From the human T2T-CHM13v2.0 reference genome, Homo sapiens: a stretch of 64,000 bases of DNA. How positions within the stretch are numbered: position 1 is the stretch's first letter; each line of letters begins with the position of its first letter. Below are positions 51,554 to 63,612 of this stretch, one piece after another. The notes below the pieces were generated by a model that was not told the DNA's origin, ran no database searches, and saw only the letters and a list, made by a program, of their open reading frames with translations. The stretch is taken from contig CP068257.2 of the NCBI GenBank assembly GCA_009914755.4, positions 43,808,001 to 43,872,000 of the forward strand, given 5' to 3'. A program made the translations under genes and the position numbers.

Positions 51554-52530
51554 GGTGAGGGCCGGGCAGCCTCCTTCCGGCGGGCGTGGGGGCTCCTGGG
51601 GCTGTGGAGACAGCCTGGGGAGGGTCTTCCTGAGGGTCTGGCTCCTGATGCACGAGCCTCTCCCAAGCAGGGCTCCACCATCCAGGCCTGGCCCTGGTGG
51701 CCCCTCCTTTCTCGCACCCATGTCGGCGGTTCCGCCGGCCCCTCGTCCTCTCCCTGCCCCTCGTCCTCTCCCTACCCCTGAGCCCACCCTGCTGAGGGGA
51801 GGTTCTCAGTGGGCTGCAGCTCTGAGCTCGCGCCTCCCTGGGGCCTGGCCTGTGGGGTGCAGGAGCCCAGGCTGTACCAGCTCAGCCTCAGCAGGTTTCT
51901 GGCTGCCCCTCCAGCCTCTTCCTGGGGGCCCTGATGCTGTGGGCAGGGCCCGGAGTCAGTTCCTCAAGGGGCCTGTGCCTGCGTCCCCACCCCCAGCAGG
52001 CAGCCGCCCAGAAAAGCCCTCGGGGAGGGTCCTGGGGAGAAGCCTGGATCTTTGGAGTGTGGGCCACCGGCTCTCCCACTTTCAGAGGGAGCAGTGAGCC
52101 CTCCAGGGTGTTTGGGGTGGGCCTCAGACACAGGATCCCCAGGCCCAGTGAGAGCTCCACTATCCCACCCAGCTGTGCATTGGAGCTGGGGCCTGTGGCA
52201 ACCAGGACACTGCGTGGCACATGCCCTCCACCCTCCACCCTCCACCCTCCACCCCTGCTTCAGGGTCCCGGGGCATGCATGCACGCACCAACCTGGACGC
52301 AAACCCCAAACCCGACCCTCCCCTCACCAGTGACTCCTGTCCTCCCCAGGGCTGCCTGCGCCTTGGGGACGGCCCAGTGCACCCAAAGGGACCACAGCGG
52401 CCCTTAGGGAGGCTATCAGGTGGGGCACAAGCCGCCACCTAACCGTGCCTTCGCCACAGGGGCCCTCAGAGAGGCTGCCAGGTGGGGCACAAGCTGCCAC
52501 CTAACCCTGTCTTCTTGTTTTTTTGCTCAG

Positions 52531-52557
52531 GGAGAGCCGGGCTTCCGAGGACCCCCG
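52531..52557 (+). CDS. COL18A1: COL18A1 exon 28 (27-bp micro-exon): GEPGFRGPP
   Basis: cttgtttttttgctcag|GGAGAGCCGGGCTTCCGAGGACCCCCG|gtaagtcgg. Confidence 0.85.
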
Positions 52558-52847
52558 GTAAGTCGGTCCCTGGCTTTCTCTGCACTGAGCTCGGGCATGA
52601 CGGCCCCCAAGGACACGGTCGCCCGCGGCTGCTGAGCTTGTGCTGTGCGGCCCAGGGCTCATCTCCCTAGTGCAGTTTTAAAGCGTGTGGGGCAGGTGTC
52701 GGCGTGAGGCTGCGGTGGGCTCCTCCGAGCTGATGGGTGGCCCAGGGTGCTGTGCTCTGCATGGCCCCTCCCCTTCCCCAGGACCCCCCAACTCGTGGTC
52801 AAGGGCCAGGGTCTGCCCCACTAAGCCTGGCCCCCTTCCTCTTGCAG

Positions 52848-52901
52848 GGTCCATACGGACGGCCGGGGTACAAGGGAGAGATTGGCTTTCCTGGACGGCC
52901 G
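52848..52901 (+). CDS. COL18A1: COL18A1 exon 29 (54 bp): GPYGRPGYKGEIGFPGRP
   Basis: cccttcctcttgcag|GGTCCATAC...GGACGGCCG|gtgaggacc. Confidence 0.88.
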
Positions 52902-53268
52902 GTGAGGACCTGGGGTCTCCAGTGGGGGCGGCAGATGGGGTCTGGCAGGTGGGGAGCAGCCCAGGCCCACGGGGGTGACATGCCCAGAGGGGAGTGGACG
53001 GCCGCCGCACCCACTGTCCTCCCCCAAGAACCGGCCCTGCCTGAGCGCAGCTCTTGTCCTGGATGTGGCTGGCAGTACCCCACGAGGGGCCAGTACCCAG
53101 GAGGAAGCCCTGGAGGCAGACAGGGCAGTGGGCCTGTGTGTGCTAGGCTCAGTCACCTCCTCCCAAAAGGGTCCTTGTGCAGGAAAGGGGTGAGAAGGGC
53201 CGGGGTAGCCTGAGAGCTGGGAACGTGTGAGGCTGAGCGTGGGCCGGCCGGGCCTGGCGTGGGGCTAA

Positions 53269-53520
<252 letters not shown>

Positions 53521-53539
53521 TAAGCAGCCCTGCCATGTG

Positions 53540-54060
53540 GCCACACAGCACTGGTCATGCCATACCCATGCACAGTCATACATGTCCACACACACATGCA
53601 CACGTGTGCCCAAACATGCATGCACATATATGGCCGTACTCATACATGTGTGCACATATACACATGCATCTATGCACATACATGCCCATACACACGCGCA
53701 CACATACACACGCACACACACATCCACACGTGCTCATGTGTGTACACATGCCCATACACTCCACATAGGTGCACATATACACATGTATTCATGCATATAC
53801 GGGCCTGTCCACGTGCACACCCATACAGGTATATACATACACTCATACATGTGCACGTATCCACATGTGTATCCACATACATGACTATGAGCCCTCCCTG
53901 GCCCATTCCATGATGGGCATACACACTGCACATGTATACTCATGCACACATACATATACACATGCATACACACCAATACACATATATGCACACATGTGCA
54001 CCCATATACACACATACAACAGGCCCCCGTGGATTCTCAGCAGGGCATCCATGGGCCTGG
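53540..54060. repeat. CA-rich low-complexity tract (acacatgcaca / catacacat), starting about 120 nt after the exon 30 donor
   Basis: Directly visible. His/Thr/Cys pseudo-ORFs lie on both strands. Confidence 0.85.
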
Positions 54061-54473
54061 GCCATGCCCTCCATGCCCTCCATGCCCTCCAAGCCCTCCA
54101 TGCTGTGGGTTCTCCCGCTCAGCCCAAAGGTGTCCACTCTGCTGTCTTTTGAGCCAAGAGCTTTGTCTCCCTGATGTCAGCAGGGTGGGGCATTTTCAGT
54201 CACCTTTTTACCTGAGACGCAGACCCGGTGGCCTCTTCACTCCTCCCGAGGGACGTCTGTGCACGACTCCAGCGTGGGATGAGGTGGGGCCGGGGCCAGT
54301 TCCTGTCCTCAGGGAGCCGTGGCCCGAGTGACCCACTGCATTCTCGGTTTTGCCTGGTCAGAGGTCTGCCTGGTCAGGTTTCTGATTTTTCTGATTTTTC
54401 TGAACTGTCTCTGCTCCCAGCTGCTGCCTGACAGGCAGGCCATAAGCCTAACAGCTCTCTGCCCTCCCCACAG

Positions 54474-54542
54474 GGAATGCCCGGCCCCCCAGGACCTCCA
54501 GGGCCCCCAGGCCCTCCAGGGACTCCTGTTTACGACAGCAAT
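54474..54542 (+). CDS. COL18A1: COL18A1 exon 31 (69 bp): [23 protein letters not shown]
   Basis: ctgccctccccacag|GGAATGCCC...GACAGCAAT|gtaagtccc. Confidence 0.88.
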
Positions 54543-55022
54543 GTAAGTCCCCAGGGCACCCACTGTCCTACAGCCACCTTGGCTGTCACACAGAGCCCCA
54601 CAGAGGGGCTGGGCCTTCTTCTCCCCTGGCCTCTGCGTCTGGGGGTCCTTCTAGGATGTGCCAGTCTGGTGGGCAGTGGATTAGCAGCTGAGTTCCCACG
54701 GAAGGTGAAGGCCTGGGAAAGGGAGGGCTCTCTGGGTGTGGAGCTGCTTCCAGCTGGGTCTGCTAAGGGCCTGAGCCCAGGGTTGCTAGGGGCACCCCCA
54801 TTTTCCCAGGCTCAGCAAGGTGAAGTGACCAATGAGGGCCAAGTGGCGTCAGGCCGTGGCTCCTGCTCTCCGTACCCCTGTTCCCTCCCGTCTCTGACTG
54901 GGGGAGGCTGCTATGTGGCCTCATACAGGGGCTGGTGCTTCTGGGCTTGGGGACCCCTGAGTGGTGGTGGCCTCCATTTCAGAACATCGCCCTCAGCAGC
55001 CGCCTCTCCCCGTTCCTTGCAG

Positions 55023-55065
55023 GTGTTTGCTGAGTCCAGCCGCCCCGGGCCTCCAGGATTGCCAG
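55023..55065 (+). CDS. COL18A1: COL18A1 exon 32 (43 bp, ends in phase 1): VFAESSRPGPPGLP(G)
   Basis: ccccgttccttgcag|GTGTTTGCT...TTGCCAG|gtgagggtc. The trailing G joins the GG that opens the next exon. Confidence 0.85.
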
Positions 55066-55561
55066 GTGAGGGTCCTGGGCTCACAGCTGGGGACACAGGC
55101 TCTGAAGGGATGCTCCAGAGCCCCACCTTCCTTCCCGTGCCAGCAGCAGTGAGACTCCCCCAGTGGCCCAAGGCCAGTGCTACACGCCCAGCCCACGCCC
55201 CAGTTCCGATGACCTTGGCCCTTCCTGCGGGCCCTCCCAGCACAGCCGTCCAGGACCTGACCTTGGGGTGGCCCCCATTTGCTGTTCTCCGTTGAGATTT
55301 TGCTTCTCTGGCCAAAGCAGGGTGGAAGCAGCCCCGTCCCTCCTGTTGGTCAGCACGTGCCCTGCAGGTGTGGCCTGGCCCCCACATGGCCTGCTGACGG
55401 GGACCCAGGGCGCCCCTGCTCTCCAGCAGCTCCTACCCTGACTGTCCCCATGTCCATCTGATGCCCCCCCATCCAGGCCCCCAGGCACTAGGGCATTTCG
55501 GGCAGGAGGGGCACCACCCTGGAGTCCTCCCTGGCACATTCCTGATGGGCACTGGGTCTCT

Positions 55562-55624
55562 CTTCCTCCAGGGAATCAGGGCCCTCCAGGACCCAAGGGC
55601 GCCAAAGGAGAAGTGGGCCCCCCC
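55562..55624 (+). CDS. COL18A1: COL18A1 exon 33 (63 bp, phase 1-1): (G)[20 protein letters not shown](G..)
   Basis: ctctcttcctccag|GGAATCAGGGC...GGACCACCAG|gtgagcaac. The following exon (QFPFDFLQLEAEMK...) is not found before 64000. Confidence 0.85.
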
Positions 55625-56267
55625 GGACCACCAGGTGAGCAACTCTGGACATCCCAGGCAGGAGAGCCATGGCGTGGCCAGCACTGAAGTGTGGTCACAC
55701 CTAGAGCCGCCACCACAAGCAGGTCCTGGACCCTCACTGGGTGGTGACCACCTCACCCTGCGGGAGGAAGGAAGCCCCTTCTGGGTTGATGGGGGCCTCA
55801 TAGGACCTGGATTTGGGGGCGAGGGTGGCTGCAGGGCACAGGCCCAGCAAGATAGCCCCATCACCTCCTGAGGAGCAGATGGCTGCCCTTCCATGCTAGA
55901 CCCAGGTGGGCACTGCGCAGAGACACAGCAGCTTCAGTGTCCTGAGATGCCCCCTCCCCTCCACGGGGCCGGGGGTCGGCACTGGAGGACTCTCTGTCGA
56001 GAAACTCTCCAGGGTTTCATGTGGGAAGGAGGCGTTGCCCGACAGGCCGTCTGGAGGGTGAGCCCAGCACCCCTGCTCCCCCAAAGGACAAGAATTCCCC
56101 CCTGAGCCCCACCTCCATTGAGGGTGGCAGGGCTGCTTGGATGTCCTGCCAAGACCACTGAGAACAGCTGGATAAAATGTGAGAAAACCACTGTTTGAGG
56201 ATGTCTGGGGGCTGGCAGAGCAGAAGCCCAGAGAGCCAGGCTAGCCTCGGGCGCCTTTCACCACCAG

Positions 56268-56480
56268 GGTCCCCTCTCGCCGCCACGGTCCCCTCTCGCC
56301 GCCAGGGTCCCCTCTCACCGCCAGGGTTCCCTCTCGCCACCACGGTCCCCTCTCGCCGCCAGGGTCCCCTCTCGCCGCCAGGGTCCCCTCTCGCCGCCAC
56401 GGTCCCCTCTCGCCGCCAGGGTCCCCTCTCGCCGCCACGGTCCCCGCTCGCCGCCAGGGTCCCCTCTCGCTGCCAGGGTC
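56268..56480. repeat. Tandem repeat, 19-bp unit x ~11 (ggtcccctctcgccgcca(c/g))
   Basis: The anchor 'ggtcccctct' recurs every 19 bp. Confidence 0.9.
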
Positions 56481-57334
56481 CTCTGCAGAGGAGGCCGCCA
56501 TACCTGCTCTTGCTGGGGCTGCACTCTGGGGTGGGAAGGGACCAGGCAGGCAGAGGCCGAGTCTGGGCCGGGACATCCTTAAGGCCTGTGGAGGCAAAGG
56601 CAGGCAGAAAGCAAGCGGGAAGATGGAAGATGCGCCCATGCCAGCCTTGGATCTCTCAGCGTCACACACGACGCCCAGGAAGGAGTGAATGATGCACAGA
56701 TGACCAGAAACCAGGAGAAGAGGCCAGTGACACACCAGACCAGGAGGCCCAGCTCATGGGGTCATCGGACCCACCTTGAACTCTGAAGGTCACACATTCA
56801 AAAGCCACAGGAAGTCTGGAGATGGCAGCAGAGAGCTGGGAAGCTCAGAGGTGTCAGGATGAACCTGGGGCTGAAGGCGGAACAGTTGGAGATTGAGACC
56901 TGTGTATAGGTTTTGGTCGACGTGGGATTGCTTGTCCCTGGGAGCCAGAACGAGGGCTCCGAGGGCTCTAGAGGGAACAGTGTTTGCAGGCGGAATGGCT
57001 GATGCTCTTCCAAAGCCAAGGAAGGCTCAGAGCATTCCCCTCATTCGAAGGATCAACAATTAGAGTGACGAGATTTCTCAACAAAACGGGAGAAGCCAGA
57101 AGACCATAAATGGTTTCCAAAATATCCAAGAAAGTCAATTGCCAGTGTAGACTCCGACAGCCAGTGGTACTCCCGTGGCCTTCAGAACGAAGATGACATG
57201 CAGGCCAGCCACTCCAGACCCGAGCTGTGTCGGCGGTGGAGGGTATTTCAGGGGGAAGACAAGGCCAAGGGAAAGGAGTGCAGAGATGGGGAGAGACAAC
57301 GCTGGCAGGAACCGGCGTCCCAGCGACAGGGAGG

Positions 57335-57905
57335 TCAGAGGCTCCCTCGGGAACCAGCGTGGGCTGCCCCACATGGCATCCCAGGAACAGTGGGGTCAGA
57401 GGCTCCCGTGGGAACCCGCGTGGGCTGCCCCACATGGCATCCCAGGAACAGTGGGGTCAGAGGCTCCCTCGGGAACCCGCGTGGGCTGCCCCGCATGGCA
57501 TCCCAGGAACAGTGGGGTCAGAGGCTCCCTCAGGAACCTGCGTGGGCTGCCCCGCATGGCATCCCAGGAACAGTGGGGTCAGAGGCTCCCGTGGGAACCC
57601 GCGTGGGCTGCCCCACATGGCATCCCAGGAACAGTGGGGTCAGAGGCTCCCTCGGGAACCCGCGTGGGCTGCCCCGCATGGCATCCCAGGAACAGTGGGG
57701 TCAGAGGCTCCCTCAGGAACCTGCGTGGGCTGCCCCGCATGGCATCCCAGGAACAGTGGGGTCAGAGGCTCCCGTGGGAACCCGCGTGGGCTGCCCCACA
57801 TGGCATCCCAGGAACAGTGGGGTCAGAGGCTCCCTCGGGAACCCGCGTGGGCTGCCCCGCATGGCATCCCAGGAACAGTGGGGTCAGAGGCTCCCGCAGG
57901 AACCG
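57335..57905. repeat. Tandem repeat, 61-bp unit x ~9.4 (gggaacccgcgtgggctgccccacatggcatcccaggaacagtggggtcagaggctccctc)
   Basis: In the 60-column layout the repeat shifts by exactly one base per line, so the period is 61. A 61-aa periodic pseudo-ORF is present at 57175..58124. Confidence 0.92.
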
Positions 57906-58329
57906 GCACAGGCTGCACAGCATGGTGTCCCATCGTCAGTGCAATTAGAGGTTCCCGTGGTCTCAGCGCCCTGGGGAGTGGTGGTAGTTCTCACTATATT
58001 GGACGGTGAGGTTGGAGAGGAATGCAGAGCTAACACTGGTGGAGAGGCAGGAGGGCAGGCAGGACGGCACACACACAGGACGTTTAAAACACACAGAGTA
58101 GATCCAAAAGAAGGCAAAACATGAGAGAAAAAGGAATGCAGAACACGTGGGATGAATAGAAACTAGGGAATAAACAGTAGATTTAGGTCCCGATACATCT
58201 ACAGGTGCTGTAAGTATGACGAGGGTAGATACATCCATTGAAGGACAGACATTGTCAATGGGATATGGCTAAACCATGTGCTGCTTACAAGAGACGCTCC
58301 CCGAACGTGAGGGCTGGAGAGGTCGAGGC

Positions 58330-61300
58330 ACCCAGAGGCTGGTGTGGGTTTGGGTGTGTGTGGAGTGTGTGTATGTGGGTGTGCTGAGTGTGTGCAGTGT
58401 GGGGGTGTGGGTGGAGTGTGGAGTGTGTGCATGTGGGTGTGTAGTGTGGGGGTGTATAGTGTGGGTGTGTGTGGAGTGTGTATGTGGCTGGGTTGGGTGT
58501 ATAGTGTGGAGGTGTGAGGGGGTGTGTGGAGTGTTTGTGTTGGGTGTGTAGTGTGGAGGTGTGAGGGGGTGTGTGGAGTGTGCATATGTGGGTGTTGGGT
58601 GTGTAGTGGGGGTGTGTGGAGTGTGTATATGTGGGTGTGTAGTGGGGGTGTGAGGGGTGTGGAGTGTGCATATGTGGGTGTTGGGTGTGTAGTGTGTGAG
58701 GGGGTGGGGGTGTGTGGAGTGTGTGTATGTGGGTGTTGGGTGTGTGGTGTGGGGTGTGTGTGGAGTGTGGCTATGGGGGTGCTGGGTGTGTAGTGTGGGG
58801 GTGTGGTTTGGTGTGTGTGTGTTGGGTGTGTAGTGTGGGGGTGTGGTTTGGTGTGTGTGTGTTGGGTGTGTAGTGTGGGGGTGTGGTTTGGTGTGTGTTG
58901 GGTGTGTAGTGTGGGGGTGTGGTTTGGTGTGTGTTGGGTGTGTAGTGGGGTGTGGTTTGGTGTGTGTTGGGTGTGTAGTGTGGGGGTGTGGTTTGGTGTG
59001 TTGGGTGTGTAGTGTGGGGGTGTGGTTTGGTGTGTGTGTGTTGGGTGTGTAGTGTGGGGGTGTGGTTTGGTGTGTGTTGGGTGTGTAGTGTGGGGGTGTG
59101 GTTTGGTGTGTGTTGGGTGTGTAGTGTGGGGGTGTGGTTTGGTGTGTGTGTGTGTTGGGTGTGTAGTGTGGGGGTGTGGTTTGGTGTGTGTTGGGTGTGT
59201 AGTGTGGGGGTGTGGTTTGGTGTGTGTTGGGTGTGTAGTGTGGGGTTGTGGTTTGGTGTGTGTGTGTTGGGTGTGTAGTGTGGGGGTGTGGTTTGGTGTG
59301 TGTGTGTTGGGTGTGTAGTGTGGGGGTGTGGTTTGGTGTGTGTGTGTTGGGTGTGTAGTGTGGGGGTGTGGTTTGGTGTGTGTTGGGTGTGTAGTGTGGG
59401 GGTGTGGTTTGGTGTGTTGGGTGTGTAGTGTGGGGGTGTGGTTTGGTGTGTGTGTGTTGGGTGTGTAGTGTGGGGGTGTGGTTTGGTGTGTGTTGGGTGT
59501 GTAGTGTGGGGGTGTGGTTTGGTGTGTGTGTGTTGGGTGTGTAGTGTGGGGGTGTGGTTTGGTGTGTTGGGTGTGTAGTGTGGGGGTGTGGTTTGGTGTG
59601 TTGGGTGTGTAGTGTGGGGGTGTGGTTTGGTGTGTGTGTGTTGGGTGTGTAGTGTGGTGTGGTTTGGTGTGTGTGTGTTGGGTGTGTAGTGTGGGGGTGT
59701 GGTTTGGTGTGTGTTGGGTGTGTAGTGTGGGGGTGTGGTTTGGTGTGTGTTGGGTGTGTAGTGTGGGGGTGTGGTTTGGTGTGTTGGGTGTGTAGTGTGG
59801 GGGTGTGGTTTGGTGTGTGTGTTGGGTGTGTAGTGTGGGTGTGGTTTGGTGTGTGTTGGGTGTGTAGTGGGGTGTGGTTTGGTGTGTGTTGGGTGTGTAG
59901 TGTGGGGGTGTGGTTTGGTGTGTTGGGTGTGTAGTGTGGGGGTGTGGTTTGGTGTGTGTGTTGGGTGTGTAGTGTGGGGGTGTGGTTTGGTGTGTGTTGG
60001 GTGTGTAGTGTGGGGGTGTGGTTTGGTGTGTGTGTTGGGTGTGTAGTGTGGGGGTGTGGTTTGGTGTGTGTGTGTGTAGTGTGGGGGTGTGGTTTGGTGT
60101 GTTGGGTGTGTAGTGTGGGGGTGTGGTTTGGTGTGTGTGTGTTGGGTGTGTAGTGTGGGGGTGTGGTTTGGTGTGTGTTGGGTGTGGTTTGGTGTGTGTT
60201 GGGTGTGTAGTGTGGGGGTGTGGTTTGGTGTGTTGGGTGTGTAGTGTGGGGGTGTGGTTTGGTGTGTGTGTTGGGTGTGTAGTGTGGGGGTGTGGTTTGG
60301 TGTGTGTTGGGTGTGTAGTGTGGGGGTGTGGTTTGGTGTGTGTTGGGTGTGTAGTGTGGGGGTGTGGTTTGGTGTGTGTTGGGTGTGTAGTGTGGGGGTG
60401 TGGTTTGGTGTGTGTTGGGTGTGTAGTGTGGGGGTGTGGTTTGGTGTGTGTTGGGTGTGTAGTGTGGGGGTGTGGTTTGGTGTGTTGGGTGTGTAGTGTG
60501 GGGGTGTGGTTTGGTGTGTGTTGGGTGTGTAGTGTGGGGGTGTGGTTTGGTGTGTGTGTTGGGTGTGTAGTGTGGGGGTGTGGTTTGGTGTGTGTTGGGT
60601 GTGTAGTGTGGGGGTGTGGTTTTGTGTGTGTGTGTTGGGTGTGTAGTGTGGGGGTGTGGTTTTGTGTGTGTGTGTTGGGTGTGTAGTGTGGGGGTGTGGT
60701 TTGGTGTGTGTTGGGTGTGTAGTGTGGGGGTGTGGTTTGGTGTGTTGGGTGTGTAGTGTGGGGGTGTGGTTTGGTGTGTGTTGGGTGTGTAGTGTGGGGG
60801 TGTGGTTTGGTGTGTGTTGGGTGTGTAGTGTGGGGGTGTGGTTTTGTGTGTGTTGGGTGTGTAGTGTGGGGGTGTGGTTTGGTGTGTGTTGGGTGTGTAG
60901 TGTGGGGGTGTGGTTTTGTGTTTGTGTGTTGGGTGTGTAGTGTGGGGGTGTGGTTTTGTGTGTGTGTGTTGGGTGTGTAGTGTGGGGGTGTGGTTTGGTG
61001 TGTGTTGGGTGTGTAGTGTGGGGGTGTGGTTTGGTGTGTGTTGGGTGTGTATTGTGGGGGTGTGGTTTTGTGTGTGTGTGTTGGGTGTGTAGTGTGGGGG
61101 TGTGGTTTGGTGTGTGTTGGGTGTGTAGTGTGGGGGTGTGGTTTGGTGTGTGTTGGGTGTGTAGTGTGGGGGTGTGGTTTGGTGTGTTGGGTGTGTAGTG
61201 TGGGGGTGTGGTTTGGTGTGTGTTGGGTGTGTAGTGTGGGGGTGTGGTTTGGTGTGTTGGGTGTGTAGTGTGGGGGTGTGGTTTGGTGTGTGTGTGTTGG

Positions 61301-61460
61301 GTGTGTAGTGTGGGGGTGTGGTTTGGTGTGTGTTGGGTGTGTAGTGTGGGGGTGTGGTTTGGTGTGTGTGTGTTGGGTGTGTAGTGTGGGGGTGTGGTTT
61401 GGTGTGTGTTGGGTGTGTAGTGTGGGGGTGTGGTTTGGTGTGTGTGTGTGTGTGTGTGCA
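58330..61460. repeat. Very large GT/G-run minisatellite, 36-40-bp unit (ttgggtgtgtagtgtgggggtgtggtttggtgtgtg(tg)n), about 80 copies over 3.1 kb, ending in (GT)n
   Basis: The anchor 'gttgggtgtg' recurs every 36-40 bp across the whole span. The 916-aa minus-strand ORF 58771..61521 is its CA-strand translation. Confidence 0.95.
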
Positions 61461-61964
61461 AAGTATATCCTGGAGTAAGAAACATGGTCAAAAATAAATG
61501 TTCATTGAGACAACGGAGCAAGTCTACCAGAGAAAATGAGTAATTCTACATTTCTGTGCATCTAATGAGATAGCCTCAAGATATGACAAGTGAAAAATTG
61601 GCAAAGTGAAAAAGAAAAACACAAATCAATCATTATAGGGGGACTTTCAGCCCAGGGAGATCTGAACAGCAGGTCTGACAGGCGTCACCTGCGAAGGTCT
61701 CCAGGCCACGTCCCCAGCATCGGGACCGGGGTCTGCCCCAGAGGGGCCCAGGCTGGGCTGAAAGCAGGCCTGGCTTCCAGGAACTGTGACCCCACGAGTG
61801 CAGTAGAAGCAAGTGGGAAGTGCCCACAGGGCAGTGGTCTTCCACGTGGCTCAGGAATCCAGGAGAAGCAGGTGGAAGTCAGAAACCCCTGGGAGCTTAG
61901 GTGCGTCCAGGGCATCCTCAGCCCTCACACTGCAGCCGCAGGGGCCTTGCCCTGCACAATCCCC

Positions 61965-62330
61965 GGTCTCCCAGGTGGTGGGGCCTCCACAGCCGGTCAC
62001 CTCCCTCTGCAGAAGGACCCCCAGGGGCTCCACAGCCGGTCACCTCCCTCTGCAGAAGGACCCCCAGGGGCTTCAAAGCCGGTCACCTCCCTCTGCAGAA
62101 GGACCCCCAGGGGCTCCACAGCCGGTCACCTCTCTCTGCAGAAGGACCCCCAGGGGCTTCAAAGCCGGTCACCTCCCTCTGCAGAAGGACCCCCAGGGGC
62201 TTCAAAGCCGGTCACCTCCCTCTGCAGAAGGACCCCCAGGGGCTCCACAGCCGGTCACCTCCCTCTGCAGAAGGACCCCCAGGGGCTCCACAGCCGGTCA
62301 CCTCCCTCTGCAGAAGGACCCGGAGCAGGG
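61965..62330. repeat. Tandem repeat, 43-bp unit x ~8.4 (cacagccggtcacctccctctgcagaaggacccccaggggctc)
   Basis: The anchor 'cacagccggt' / 'caaagccggt' recurs every 43 bp. The periodic pseudo-ORFs 61590..62600 derive from it. Confidence 0.92.
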
Positions 62331-63204
62331 CCCAGCCCGAGAGGGAGCACGGGTCCTGACAGCAGCAGTGACCTCCAACCCCAGGGACAGCTCCTGTGGG
62401 ATGGGGGGCCCTGGGGGTGTGGAGCCACGTGCTCCAAAGCTTCTGGGTTACAGGGCATGCCTCCAGGGGTGAGGTGGTCCCCACCCCGGTCACGGTTTCA
62501 GGGGAACAGTCACAGGAGAAGGTTTGCCCAGGGCCGTCTAAGGTCCCACCTGGAAGGAGAAGGGGTTTTGTCATCTCCGTTGACAAAATTACAGCTTTAA
62601 GTAGTACCTGTTTCTACACATCAGCCTAAGATGTTAAAGAACAAACAGCATTTAAAGAACAACAAACAGTTATTTGATGAAAATAGATGGGAAGAAGTAT
62701 TAAACATCAAAAATGAGTGAAGGGAAATTGCGTATGTTTTATATATAAAAATAGCAAGGATCAAGAAAGTCCAAAAATCCAAAGTTAATTCTTTGCAAAG
62801 GCGAACAACATTCCTGCACCTCTGCCGGGACTGAGGAAAAGGAGAGAAGCAGCAACAAGCAGGGATTTCAGCAAAGGGCTCCTCCGTGGTCTGGAAGGAG
62901 CCACCTGGAACTGCCACAGCTTCACCCTTGGAGAGGGTGGAGGGACCCTCAAGTCAGGGCCAAGACACAGCTGCCTGCCCACCCTGGGAGGAGGCAGAGG
63001 AGAGATGGGAAGGGCAGGACGCTGGGAGGAAAGAAGCGCGTTGCTCTTTTCTCAGCACGTCTCCCACGTAAGCCCCACAAGTGGATCTGCAGGTGAACTC
63101 TCAGGATGAGTAAGTCAATGTACCGAAGTCACCAGATGGAAGGGCAGTCTAGAAAAACCACCACCGAGTCCTAAGCAATTAAAAATGAAGTTTTAAAAAG
63201 GCAC

Positions 63205-63612
63205 CATTGTGAATAATGTCACAATAAACATACGTGTGCATGTGTCTTTATAGCAGCATGATTTATAGTCCTTTGTGTATATACCCAGTAATGGGATGGC
63301 TGGGTCAAATGGTATTTCTAGTTCTAGATCCCTGAGGAATCGCCACACTGACTTCCACAATGGTTGAACTAGTTTACAGTCCCACCAACAGTGTAAAAGT
63401 GTTCCTATTTCTCTACATCCTCTCCGGCACCTGTTGTTTCCTTACTTTTTAACGATCGCCATTCTAACTGGTGTGAGATCTCATTGTGGTTTTGATTTGC
63501 ATTTCTCTGATGGCCAGTGATGATGAGCATTTTTTCATGTGTTTTTTGGCTGCATAAATGTCTTCTTTTGAGAAGTGTCTGTTCATGTCCTTTGCCCACT
63601 TTTTGATGGGGT
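63205..63612 (-). mobile_element. L1PA (young primate L1, about L1PA4-7) ORF2 3' segment, inverted: the 5' part of a twin-primed insertion
   Basis: The reverse complement reads '...aaaaaatgctcatcatcactggccatcagagaaatgcaaatcaaaaccacaatgagatctcacaccagttagaatggcgatcgttaaaaag..gacccagccatcccattactgggtatatacacaaaggactataaatcatgctgctataaagacacatgcacacgtatgtttattgtgacattattcacaatgg'. Confidence 0.88.

Noticed and set aside
57175-58124. Three overlapping + strand ORFs of 257-308 aa with 61-aa periodicity
   Set aside because: They are translations of the 61-bp tandem repeat. A period of 61 is not divisible by 3, so all three frames rotate through the same unit.
58771-61521. 916-aa minus-strand ORF (Thr/His/Pro-rich), the largest ORF in the window
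   Set aside because: It is a pure translation of the CA strand of the 36-40-bp GT minisatellite. The protein is 40-aa periodic and has no start context. It lies inside a COL18A1 intron.
61590-62600. 336-aa + strand ORF and overlapping ORFs with 43-aa periodic 'PQPVTSLCRRTPRGSTAGHLPLQKD' units
   Set aside because: It is a translation of the 43-bp tandem repeat. There is no gene context, and the L1 lies immediately downstream.
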